A stretch of DNA of 64,000 bases, from assembly GCF_009914755.1 (NCBI RefSeq), contig NC_060925.1; one strand, given 5' to 3'. This stretch comes from the human T2T-CHM13v2.0 reference genome, Homo sapiens. Positions 47,656 through 62,680 of the stretch are shown one piece after another; positions within the stretch are counted from its first letter, which is position 1; the number at the start of each line of letters is the position of its first letter. The notes under the pieces were generated by a model. The model saw nothing but the letters and a program-made list of their open reading frames with translations, was not told the DNA's origin and did not search any database. A program made the translations under genes and the position numbers.

Positions 47656-48615
47656 CCTCTGCCAGGCTTAGTTTGCTCATCTGAACAACAGGGACATGTA
47701 ATACCTACCTCTATGGGTTGTCATGGGAATAAAATATGGCCAAAGCCCGTTACTCAAAGGGAGTATTGACTTCTACTACCATCACAGCTGGTACCATCAT
47801 TGTAGGTAATAATACTGGGTTGACTCCAAATCACACATAGTTGGGTGGGGCCTGTGCTCATGTCTGGGGGAGTTTGTCACTGTATCTTAGGGACTCTAAA
47901 TCCCCTGATTCATGCTCCCTAACCTTCACCTTTATGGACTCTTCCTGGTTTTCCCTCCTACCTTCTGGTCTCGCTTCCTTAAGAGCCCTCCCTCTCAGCA
48001 GGAACGATCCCCGTAAGATGTCAGCTGACAGTGATTAGAGTGTGACTCCCACTGAGAACTAGTTAATGGGAAATAGATGGCTCTTCAAGGGCCAAGAGAA
48101 TGGCTGGAATTTGAGACTCTCTGACAGTCCCTGCAGAAAGTGTGGGTGGCAGCGGGTCCCAATTTATTTGTGCTGGCCAAAGCTCACCAGCACTATTATT
48201 CTGCGCTTGTAAATTCTGCTGCTGGGGCTGGCAGTAGGAGACCTCCCTCCTGCTTCTGGGTTAATGTGCAAGAGTCTGAAAAAGTCCCAACTCATCCTCA
48301 TTCAAAACTGGCTCTGGTAATCATCCACTATGATTTGCTGGCACTGTATTTCTTGAAGCCTTACTTTTCTCTGTAACTTGGCTGGTTGGAGCACTTTTGG
48401 GGAAACCAGAAGCCCCAGAATCACTTGACACAAGTAGCTGCTTTCTCAAGCTTAAGAGCAACCCTGCCCAAAGTCCACTGCCCATTCTGCCTGGAACCTC
48501 CCGTCTCTGAACCCTCCTCACTCTTGTTCTCAGATCTAAAGCCAGATTTGGGTGCTTAAGGACTCGGCAAAACATTTCTAGGTTCACTCGTTGAGTTAAA
48601 TATGTACATTGAAGA

Positions 48616-50220
<1,605 letters not shown>

Positions 50221-53200
50221 AAAATGTACATTGAAGACACATAGTGATAAGTGGTTTTTACTTTGGTTCAATTTATATTTCAGATTAAAGGTTATTTGGA
50301 GATTTAGTTCAAGAAACTTTTAGCTCAGACGTGCTAAACCCAGTCTTGAGCACAAAGAAAGGAACCCTACACCCTCCTTTTGTCTTCCTGGCTGAGGCAG
50401 TGAGAAGGGGTCAAAAGGGCTTGGGGGTCTGATGGAAACAGTACCTTATCCTAACCCCTTCCATGAGGCAGAATTGTTGCTGGGAAAATCTGACCCCTGG
50501 GGACTATTCTGCCTGTTGTCTTGAGCCTGGGTGTTGCTGAGTGAATGCTGAACTCAATGGGTTGTGAGCAGGGTGTTGCCTGTCATTTCAGGAGGGGAGA
50601 GTGGAGATGCCTGGGGCTAGCGTGGAGTGAGCTGCGTAGCAGCCCAGGGGAACTACTGGAGAGGCTTTCATGTCTTCACTGGGGTGGAGGGTAGTTACAA
50701 GGGCAAGTTTGGTGATACCCATCAGACTGCACACATACATTTTATTGTATGTAAATCCTGCCTAAAATGTGATTGTGTATACAATTTCATTCTAAATAAA
50801 ATAAACCAACATGGGCAAAAGAACTTTACAAATTTTAAAGTACTGTGGAAAGACAAGGCCACTGTCATTAGTCCAGCCACACAGTGTGAGTGTAGAATTC
50901 TGTGGAGTTTCTCAGATATGGGGGCTTATCCTAGACCCCAGGCTGGGTCTAATGAAGAATTGCCAGTAAGGGGCTTTAGCTTAGGTGCAAAGTATGAGAC
51001 CCGGCTCAGGGGCCAGAGGACAGGAGTCTAGAGTTAAGCATGAAGAGCCAGGAGGAAAAAAAGGTAGACACACGGGCAGGAGTGGCACTCTGCTCAATTC
51101 CCTGCTCTGGGTAAGGAGGTGGGAGCCAGTAATGCAAATGGAAGTACATTAGGGTACTAGTTTATACTCCATTAATGGGATGAAAAGCATCTACCCCTGG
51201 GCAGTACCCACTACTTCTGTTTAACTTTCTTGCTGCCCTGTCTTTCTACCTTCATCCTGCAGTCTAGGCAATCTTCCCAGAATGGAAACCCAATCCACTC
51301 TTACTATCTCACTTAACTATACATTGACTCCCCATGGCCTTCAATCTAAAGCCAGAGTCATCTACAATGCTGTGGAGGCCTCCTGGGCTCTGGTCCTACT
51401 TGTCCTTCAGGCAGGCTCCCATGTGACCCTTTGCAGTTCCCCAAACATGTCGCTGCTTCCTCACATCAACGTGGAGCACTGGGGCTTCCAGAAGATTTTA
51501 AGAACCAGTTAGCTGGTAGTTCAGACAATGCAGATGAGAGGCAGAGAAGCCCCCACTGCGTTCTGTGAGGCCATGGTGTCAGCAGCCACAGAGGGTCTAG
51601 GAAGGGTGAGTGAAGTGGATACGAGATTCTGAGACTGAAACAGAAGCAGCTGTAACCTTAGTGAAGTTGGCATCGTCAGAGGGAGCTGAGCAGGGACAGT
51701 TCCTTCTACATCAGCATTTCTTGTGGCCTCTCCTCCTCCTACTGTCCTTAGGGAGCACCCTCCAGACTGTAATCTTCTGCTGTTAACATTTACTCCTTGC
51801 CAAGCTCTTCGCTAAGCTTCACAGGGAGAACTATGTTGACAGACCTCACAACCCCAGGTAGCAGACCTTATCACTATCCCCATTATACAGGTGGAGAAAC
51901 TAAGGCCCAGAGAGGAAAAGTCTCTTGCTCAAGGTCCCACAACCGGATTTATGAGCATAAGTGATGGATGTCACTGCCAGCCCTGGCCCCTGGGCCGTTC
52001 TGCACAGCCCTCCAGGCGCTCTCTCTTTTTACTTATCAGCCGGCTACAGACAGAGCACTTAACCGAGAGTCCAGTGGGTCATGGGGGATGGTGGAACTGT
52101 GGGGTTAAAGAAGCATGACGCCTTCCTTACTCTTGGAGAAGAGCAGCCCTGGACAGATGTCCAACCAGGAGCATCTATATGGAGTTTAAGTTGCTGAGAA
52201 ATAAACTCCCATTGTGTGATTTTTTTTTTTACTAAGGTATATTTGTTATAGCAGTACAACCTAGCCTATTATATTAAGAAGTAATAGCAACTTTACAATG
52301 GAGAAACCTGAAAGCTACTAACCTTAACCAAGGTTAACATCACCAGTAATATGACACATCGACATCAAGTATCTCCTGATAAAATGCACCGAGACGGGCA
52401 TATCATTGCCGTGGTTTTCTTGCCAAAAATGCATAACCTCAATCTGATCACAAGAAAACTTCAGACAAGCTCAGATTGGGAAACATTCTACAAAATGGCC
52501 AATAATCTTCTTAATTATCAAGGTCTTGGTAGATTCCAGAACTGCCGCTGTTTGAAGGAGACTGAGGGGACATGACAATTAAATGCAAAGAATTGGATCC
52601 TGGATCAGGAAAAAAAAGACATTCATAGAAACTGGTGAGATGCAAATGAGGTCTGTTCGTAAACAATATTGTTTCAGTGAACATTTCCTGCTTTCAGTAA
52701 CTGTATCGTGATTATCTAAAATGTGAACGTGAGGAGAAGCTGCATGAAGGAGACAGTGGAACTCTGTGTACTCATTTTTGCAACTTTTCAGTAAGTCTAA
52801 AATTCCATTTCAAAATACCAAGCTGAAATAGGTAAGAGCACATGTGGTGATGAGTTGCCATCAGAGGACCTTTATGGTGGCTTTGTCCATGGTGCATTGC
52901 CAGCAATCCTGGCTAATGTTGACCCACATCAGTTTACAAAAAAGTATTTATTACAGCAAACCCCATTTTTCCAAGTTCAGCTCAAGGCCCTCCTTATTTA
53001 CTAGACCTGGGCCTCTGGGCATATTCTATTGAATGGTTTTCTTCCTCCCTTGGCATTTGATATAGAGTTATTTACTCTGTGTTTGATTATAAGCTCTCTG
53101 AGGGGCTGGACTGGTGCTCTGTAGCCACATTCCATTCTGCACAAGGCTGCAGAAAACCTCCTCAGCCGGGAATGGAGCCTGGCATTGCAGGTTGCTCAGT

Positions 53201-53696
53201 GACTTACTCATGTCCCTGCCTGGGAAGGCTAGACAGTAGGAGCATGCTGGTCTTCAGCAGCCCCTCCAACCCTCTTTGGGCCCCCATCGTGATAGGACCC
53301 TGAGATGATGCTGTTTTCTTCACTCGCTGTGGACTTCTGACCACAATCAGGACAACTGTTGAAGAGCCATATATTGGCCAATACTGAAGGAGCTTATGTG
53401 TTGGTACTGGGGTCAACACAGGCCTTATAAAGTAGGCGGGGGAGCTCCTTGTGTGTGACAGTGTGGATGGTGGCATGTCCGTCCCCAGAGGTGCAGGGCT
53501 GCAAGGTCAAGGGGTCGGCTTCCTAGAAGCAAGATGAGCAGGGATGTCCTCAGATCCCAGAAACAAACGTGCACAGGTTTCAAAGGCAAGGACCCCACCT
53601 GCAGCCCAGAAGTGGGAGGCGATGCTGGATAGCAGCTCAAATGAAGCCCAGCCCAGAATGCATCAGGACAGATTTGGGCAGTGAATGAACCAGTGC

Positions 53697-53702
53697 TTTA
53701 AT
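53697..53702 (-). terminator. LYPD8 polyadenylation signal ATTAAA
   Basis: Plus-strand tttaat about 165 nt past the stop codon. Confidence 0.7.
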
Positions 53703-53868
53703 AATGAAGAACAAGGCAGCTGTCGGCATTGCCTGGAGACCTGTGACTCCCACTTACTGGGCAGTTAAACGGGGCAGAGCAGGGAAAGAGGGTGTCAGCA
53801 CCGCAGGGGGTGCTCTGGACCTCAGAGAAGCAGAAATGGGGTGCTGGGCAAAGTGCAGCCCCAGGACC

Positions 53869-54107
53869 TCAGGGCAGCAGTCCCCGAAGAAGGAGGCTGG
53901 CAAGGGCCAAGAGGTAGAGGGAAGCTTTGGAGCCCACGTTGTGGGAAGTGGTTGGTGCAGACGTGGGGGTTAAGCTGTTTACATTTGCACACTCAAACTT
54001 TCGAAAGATGACTCCTCCAAGAGTCTTGTTTTCACCAGACAGGAACTGACAGGTGGCGTTACTGACGTTGGAACAGCCTTTCAGCACGAGACTCTTAGAC
54101 TCAATGT
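53869..54107 (-). CDS. LYPD8: LYPD8 last coding exon (end of LU domain 2, Ser/Thr stalk, GPI signal)
   Basis: Acceptor ..cag|AC; (D)IESKSLVLKGCSNVSNATCQFLSGENKTLGGVIFRKFECANVNSLTPTSAPTTSHNVGSKASLYLLALASLLLRGLLP*. Confidence 0.96.
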
Positions 54108-54882
54108 CTGTGAATGCAAAGGAGACAGGAGGGACGCCACTCAGTCCTTTGTCCTTCCACCCACGCCTGCTCTTAGTTCTTCACCTGCAGCACGGTGGCC
54201 CGGTGACCAGCAAGAGCTGGTGTGCTCCTGAAGCCCAGGCAGGAAGAAGGAGCCTGCGTGTTCAGAGTCAAGAACACCACGCGGTAATGGTAGAGAGACC
54301 CTGGAGGTCAGAGGCCTAGACTCCCACCGCCACCTGACCCTGGAGGAAGCAGACTCCTGGAGGTGAGTGGCAAGCCCAGGCTAAACAGTGAAGGTCAGAG
54401 CTGGACCTGGGACTCACATCTCCCGTGTTCCTGTGTAGCTGGAAGGTGAGGAAACCAGGAACAGATTCAAAAGGCAGTTCTCTGTTCTCAGTTCAGGAAG
54501 GGGCCAGCACCTTGGACTTCCCTGTCCCCTTCCAGGCTTTGCTTTCCGTCCTCACTCCTCTCTGGACCTGAGTCCTCCCTGCCTGAGTTTTCCCTGAGAA
54601 GAAGGAAGGGCCACCAGGAGGCATATAAGAGACCACGGCATGTCTCTGCCGTAAATTGGGGTTCTGCTATGTTTAATCGTGTTTTGAGATTCATGTACTA
54701 GAAAAAGGCCTGGGGCATTTGGACAAAAGACATAGTTACGATAGCAGCTACCTGTTATTGAGCACTTACTGTGAGCCCCAATTGCTCTGTCAGCTGCAAT
54801 TCAAACAGCCCTGGAGACAGGCACCTCACAGAGGCCAAGGGACTCACGGAGGTGAAGTGACTCCACTCACCACTTGTCAGAG

Positions 54883-55116
54883 GCAGGGCCGCAATTTGAG
54901 TTCAAGGCCGGCTCTAGGACCAGGCATGAAGCAGGGCCGCAATTTGAGTTCAAGGCTGGCTCTAGGACCAGGCATGAAGCAGGGCCACAATTTGAGTTCA
55001 AGGCTGGCTCTAGGACCAGGCATGAAGCAGGGCTGCAATTTGAGTTCAAGGCTGGCTCTAGGACCAGGCATGAAGCAGGGCTGCAATTTGAGTTCAAGGC
55101 TGGCTCTAGGACCAGG
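54883..55116 (+). repeat. 48-bp VNTR, about 5 copies
   Basis: gcagggc(c/t)gcaatttgagttcaaggctggctctaggaccaggcatgaa at 54883, 54931, 54979, 55027, 55075. Confidence 0.95.
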
Positions 55117-55390
55117 TGTCTCACGCCTGTAATCATGGTACTTTGGGAGGCTGAGGTGAGAGGATTGCTTGAGGCCAGGAGTTTGAGACCAGACTGGGAA
55201 ACATTGTCTCTACAAAAAATTAAGTTATCCAGGGGTGGTGGCACATGCCTGTAGTCCCACTACTTGGAGGCTGAGATGGGAGATTGGCTTGAGCCAGGAG
55301 TTCGAGGCAGCAGTGAGTCAGTGATCGCACCCCTGCATTCCGGCCCGGGCGACAGAGCGAGACCCTGTCTTGAACAGCAACAACAACAAA
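55110..55390 (+). mobile_element. Alu (AluJ-like)
   Basis: Diverged dimer that starts inside the last VNTR unit. Confidence 0.85.
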
Positions 55391-55466
55391 GGCTGATTCT
55401 AAACTTGTTTGGAAAAGGAGTTAGAAACCTCCAAATGCTGTTTTATAGCAAGCATCAGTGCTGAAG

Positions 55467-55763
55467 TTTTTTGTTTTGTTTTGAGATGGAGTCTCGCTCT
55501 GTCATCCAGGCTGGAGTGCAGTGGTGCAATCTTGGCTCATTGAAGCCTCTGTCCCCCAGGTTCAAGTGATTCTCCTGCCTCAGCCCCCTGAGTAGTACGG
55601 ACTACAGGCGCGTGCCACCACATCTGGCTAATTTTTGTATTTCTAGTAGAGACAGGGTTTCACCATGTTGGCCAGGCTGATCTTGAACTCCTGACCTCAA
55701 GTCATCAGCCTGTCTTGGCCTCTCAAAGAGCTGGGATTACAGGCGTGAGCCACCGCACCTGGC
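55467..55763 (-). mobile_element. Alu (AluS)
   Basis: Reverse dimer; TSD cagtgctgaag. Confidence 0.92.
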
Positions 55764-56084
55764 CAGTGCTGAAGACTCAGAGTGAGTTAAGGAGGTGTGT
55801 TTCATGGAACATTTCTACTGTATTAAAAAAAGTGATCTTGAACAAAAAGAAACAAAAATACCCCTACATTTATGATAGCTTTGATCTGTCTGGCTTTCAG
55901 CTTAAGTCAAGTCCTATGAGAAAGAGGAAAATCGATCCCTTTTATCAGAGCTGGGGACAAGATAAGCAGAGAGAGAAAAATCTTTCTGATGTCATGTTGC
56001 CCTAGGACACAGTTTTAGAATTAAAAATCATAGCAGCTTAGACATCCCAGAAATTTTAAAAGTGAAAGGAGCTTTAAATGGATA

Positions 56085-57757
<1,673 letters not shown>

Positions 57758-58234
57758 TCAGGATAAGCATGGTGCTTGACGCCGCTGAAAAATCCATGAT
57801 TACAGTTAAACACTGATTCATGATGCTATAATTGACACTTAACAAATATTAAAATCAAACTGTACCTGGATACTAGTGCTCTTAAACTCTTACGCTTTTG
57901 AGCCACATTTTGGCAGAGCCTGACTATCTCAGCCTCCCTTACAGCCAAGATGACTGTCTTACCGGGTCCTAGCCAGTGGAATGTGGGAGGAAGTGATGCA
58001 TTCACATCCAGGCCCAACCCATAGAAACTCACCTGCCTTCCTCCACTACCTCTCTTTCCTACTGCTGGCAAGATGCAAAGGATACAGCACAGAGCTGCCA
58101 AGACCCGGTGAGTGGGGGCCAGAGCTACAAGACAGAAGGAGCGCATGGCCTGGACTCTGCAATGAACTGCTCCAGCAAGGAATAAACATCTATTGTATTG
58201 AGCCATAGGCTTTGGAGGTTGTTCTTTAACTTTT

Positions 58235-58660
58235 TAACTAGTTAAGGTTTCTAAATTTTCTTAGCTTTAATTTCTAAGACAGTGTATACTGATAGATGGA
58301 GTCCACATAAACAAAAGTTCTTTGGGGTCCTCAATAATTTTTAAGACATAGAGTCTTAACAGAGGGCCTGAGATCACAAGGTTTGAGAACTACTGATGGC
58401 CACTAATGTCCCTCTCACACAACCTGAATCACTAAGAAAGAGGGGAGGCATAGTGAAGTGCTGGTTTTCCCCATTTGTTTCCTGTGTAATTGCTGTAAGT
58501 CACATGTTAATGCCATCCAGATACTCACTGAAGTGCCTGGGCTTGAGATGTCCACCCAAGGGAAAGGAGAACAGGTGAAAAAGGAAGAGCCAGGGCTGGG
58601 AGGACACAAGAAGCCCGCCTGCATGGCCAGCACCCACCCAGGGCATCACTGGTATTGTTA
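58235..58660 (-). repeat. Intragenic duplicate of the LYPD8 exon end, donor site and proximal intron (paralog of 60409-60845 plus 62516-62537)
   Basis: Collinear match by eye; contains one copy of the 31-bp unit. Confidence 0.92.
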
Positions 58661-58723
58661 ACAGCAATTAACTTACCTTAACTAATAAATGTATTAACCT
58701 TTAACTGTTTGGGCAAATGTTAG

Positions 58724-58922
58724 AAATGTGTATTTTACAATGGTTAGTATCAAATGTGGATCTCACAATGGGTAGCGTCAAATGTGGATCTCACAATGGG
58801 TAGCGTCAAATGTGGATCTCACAATGGGTAGCGTCAAATGTGGATCTCACAATGGGTAGCGTCAAATGTGGATCTCACAATGGGTAGTGTCAAATGTGTA
58901 TTTTACGATAGTTAGTATCAAA
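58724..58922 (+). repeat. 28-bp VNTR, about 7 copies
   Basis: aaatgtggatctcacaatgggtagcgtc core copies with AT-richer outer copies. Confidence 0.92.
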
Positions 58923-59399
58923 CTGCTTTTGTAGAAAAGCACAATTGGTTGGATTTAAGGCCCAATTTGACTCTTTCTGCCAGGTGATCCAAGCTACCAA
59001 AAGCCAACACCTCTTAGTGACAACTAGAGAATAAAAGTGTAGATATAAAAGGAAATAAAAGTTGCACCACCCTCACCTATAGAATGATGCGACCTGGTAA
59101 AGAAGTGAATGTCAGGAGGGGTGTGATGCGCTTAGACAAATGTGACTGGATTACAAGCCACAGGAGAATAGAGTTCAAGGGAAGGGTAGCCCAGGAGAAA
59201 CAGCTCTGCTCTAAGAAGGCAGCAATAGCAGCGAGCTCAAGGCTACATGAGCAGCCACTGTATTTAAAGACATTATGGCCCTTATCCCCCTTGTCCCACG
59301 ACTCCCCTGGTCCTTCTGTGTTAACCCAGAATTTATGAACCAAGACTTGACATGTTTCCAGCCCAAGTCCCATAGAGGAATTAGAACTCCAAGACTTAC

Positions 59400-59537
59400 C
59401 ATTCTTAAGTTCTGCAACTAGAAAGACACACTGTTCTTCTTCATAGCATTTCCAGGGCTTCCCACGACAGGAAGTTCCATTAGATTCATAACAAGCAGGG
59501 CACTCTGCGTTGCTGGACACGTTCTTCAGGGGAGGGT
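59400..59537 (-). CDS. LYPD8: LYPD8 coding exon (first half of LU domain 2)
   Basis: ccag|AC ... G|GTAAGT, 138 bp, phase 1-1; (D)PPLKNVSSNAECPACYESNGTSCRGKPWKCYEEEQCVFLVAELKN. Confidence 0.96.
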
Positions 59538-60058
59538 CTGGAAGAGTCAGAGTCATTACTCAGGACAGTGTTATCATACAGAACATGGGAGGAAGGGGAT
59601 AGGCAAGCAAAGAAAGCACCAAAGAGATCGGAGAACGGAGCAATGACATCCTTGGGAATCTCAGATCTAGCCTTGAAAACACCATGTCTCCTCAAAATAT
59701 TTACTACACACAGCTCCACAGATCTGCTCTAACAGACTATCTAGCCTTTAAGAACTGTGGCCCATCAGTGTGTTTGGGTATAGACTGAGAAAGGTAAGAT
59801 TTTGAGCTAAAACCAAACTATAGTCAACATGAACATTAGCTAGCCATCCTGAACATTTGCCAATAAGTGGGTGAGTGTTACTAAATCCTGCTCTGAACAA
59901 ATGAACACAGGCCACTATTTAACATTATGACTAGAAGAAAAAAATTTACAATGAGACCAGCTCTGCTCTTAATTAACTGTGCTTTATGACCATGGCCAAT
60001 AAACTTTGCCGTTTCAGCCACATTTTCTGTTTTTCAAAAAGAGAGCTTTGGTCTAGAT

Positions 60059-60567
60059 CAGCAGGTCTCAAATTGTGGTGCAGGAAGCCTTGAGTCCCTG
60101 AGACCCTTACAGGGAGTACTACAAGGTTCAAACCATACTCATGATAATACTAAAATATTATTTACTTATTTCACTCTCTTTCTCTTGTGAATGTAAAGTG
60201 GAGTTTCCCAGAGGCTCCATGATGTGTGAGACTGTAACAGACTAAATGCACAAGTAAATATGAGAATCCAGCTGTCTTTTATTAAGTCAGAAACTAAAGA
60301 ATTTCCAAAAGGTATAATAACAATGCCACCCTTCCCGTTGTATATGTTTCTTTTGGAGAATATAGTTATATTACTGTTGATGTGTAATGTGTTTTGGTTA
60401 TTTTGGCAAACTAGTTACAATTTGTAAATATTATTAGCTTTAATTTCTAAGACAGTACATATTGATAGATGGAGTCCACATAAACGAAAGTTCTTTGGGG
60501 TCCTCAATAATTTTTAAGACATAGAGTCTTAACAGAGGGCCTGAGATCACAAAATTTGAGAACTACT
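60059..60567. mobile_element. hAT-Charlie DNA transposon (Charlie4a-like)
   Basis: TIR-like cagcaggtctcaaa ... tttgagaactactg. Confidence 0.65.
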
Positions 60568-60816
60568 GACGGGAACTAAAGTCCCTCTCGCACAACTTGC
60601 AATGTCTGTCTTCACTAAGAAAGAGGGGAGGCATGGCGGAAGTGCTGGTTTGCCCCATTTGTTTCCTGTGTAATTGCTGTAAGTCCGATGTTAATGCCAT
60701 CCGGATATACACTGAAGTGTCTGGACTTGAGATGTCCACCCAAGGGAAAGGAGAACGGTTGAAAAAGGAAGAACCAGGGCTGAGAGGACACAGGAAGGCA
60801 GGAAGGCTGTCCACAT

Positions 60817-62527
60817 GGCCAGCAGCACCCACCCAGGGCATCGCCCGCACGGCCAGCACCCACCCAGGGCATCCCCCGCACGGCCAGCACCCACCCAGGG
60901 CATCGCCCGCACGGCCAGCACCCACCCAGGGCATCGCCCGCACGGCCAGCAGCACCCACCCAGGGCATCGCCCGCACGGCCAGCAGCACCCACCCAGGGC
61001 ATCGCCCGCACGGCCAGCACCCACCCAGGGCATCGCCCGCACGGCCAGCACCCACCCAGGGCATCCCCCGCACGGCCAGCACCCACCCAGGGCATCCCCC
61101 GCACGGCCAGCACCCACCCAGGGCATCGCCCGCACGGCCAGCACCCACCCAGGGCATCGCCCGCACGGCCAGCACCCACCCAGGGCATCGCCCGCACGGC
61201 CAGCACCCACCCAGGGCATCGCCCGCACGGCCAGCACCCACCCAGGGCATCGCCCGCACGGCCAGCAGCACCCACCCAGGGCATCGCCCGCACGGCCAGC
61301 ACCCACCCAGGGCATCCCCCGCACGGCCAGCACCCACCCAGGGCATCCCCCGCACGGCCAGCACCCACCCAGGGCATCGCCCGCACGGCCAGCACCCACC
61401 CAGGGCATCCCCCGCACGGCCAGCACCCACCCAGGGCATCGCCCGCACGGCCAGCACCCACCCAGGGCATCGCCCGCACGGCCAGCACCCACCCAGGGCA
61501 TCGCCCGCACGGCCAGCACCCACCCAGGGCATCCCCCGCACGGCCAGCACCCACCCAGGGCATCCCCCGCACGGCCAGCACCCACCCAGGGCATCCCCCG
61601 CACGGCCAGCACCCACCCAGGGCATCGCCCGCACGGCCAGCACCCACCCAGGGCATCGCCCGCACGGCCAGCACCCACCCAGGGCATCCCCCGCACGGCC
61701 AGCACCCACCCAGGGCATCGCCCGCACGGCCAGCACCCACCCAGGGCATCGCCCGCACGGCCAGCACCCACCCAGGGCATCCCCCGCACGGCCAGCACCC
61801 ACCCAGGGCATCGCCCGCACGGCCAGCACCCACCCAGGGCATCGCCCGCACGGCCAGCACCCACCCAGGGCATCGCCCGCACGGCCAGCACCCACCCAGG
61901 GCATCCCCCGCACGGCCAGCACCCACCCAGGGCATCGCCCGCACGGCCAGCACCCACCCAGGGCATCCCCCGCACGGCCAGCACCCACCCAGGGCATCGC
62001 CCGCACGGCCAGCACCCACCCAGGGCATCCCCCGCACGGCCAGCACCCACCCAGGGCATCCCCCGCACGGCCAGCACCCACCCAGGGCATCCCCCGCACG
62101 GCCAGCACCCACCCAGGGCATCCCCCGCACGGCCAGCACCCACCCAGGGCATCCCCCGCACGGCCAGCACCCACCCAGGGCATCCCCCGCACGGCCAGCA
62201 CCCACCCAGGGCATCCCCCGCACGGCCAGCACCCACCCAGGGCATCCCCCGCACGGCCAGCACCCACCCAGGGCATCGCCCGCACGGCCAGCACCCACCC
62301 AGGGCATCCCCCGCACGGCCAGCACCCACCCAGGGCATCCCCCGCACGGCCAGCACCCACCCAGGGCATCGCCCGCACGGCCAGCACCCACCCAGGGCAT
62401 CGCCCGCACGGCCAGCACCCACCCAGGGCATCCCCCGCACGGCCAGCACCCACCCAGGGCATCCCCCGCACGGCCAGCACCCACCCAGGGCATCGCCCGC
62501 ACGGCCAGCACCCACCCAGGGCATCGC
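60817..62527 (-). repeat. 31-bp GC/CpG-rich VNTR, about 55 units, each containing the LYPD8 exon end and splice donor
   Basis: Minus-strand unit GATGCCCTGG|GTGGGTGCTGGCCGTGCGGG(C/G); 62515-60832 = 54x31 + 3x3. Confidence 0.97.
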
Positions 62528-62680
62528 TGGTGTTGCTGCATTCCTTTCCTTGGCAGCACTGGCTTACAAAATGAAAGTGTTCTTCAGCAGACACGTGGAC
62601 AGTGAAGGCTGTAATGTGTGTCTCCTCACTGCAGTTCTCCGCTGAGCAGAACATATTCTGGTATAATCTGACTGGTGTCT
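62516..62680 (-). CDS. LYPD8: LYPD8 coding exon (second half of LU domain 1)
   Basis: tgtgtag|AG ... CTGG|GTGGGT, 165 bp, phase 1-1; (E)TPVRLYQNMFCSAENCSEETHITAFTVHVSAEEHFHFVSQCCQGKECSNTSDAL. Confidence 0.95.

Noticed and set aside
50240-53640. Search for further LU-family exons downstream of LYPD8
   Set aside because: I found no Cys-patterned exon with matching splice sites by eye; tblastn with rodent Lypd8-cluster proteins would settle it.
58724-58922. CRISPR-like appearance of the 28-bp repeats
   Set aside because: No unique spacers; plain tandem repeat in mammalian DNA.
60597-62645. Plus-strand 596-682 aa ORFs across the VNTR
   Set aside because: A by-product of a stop-free GC-rich unit, antisense to LYPD8, with no promoter or splice support.
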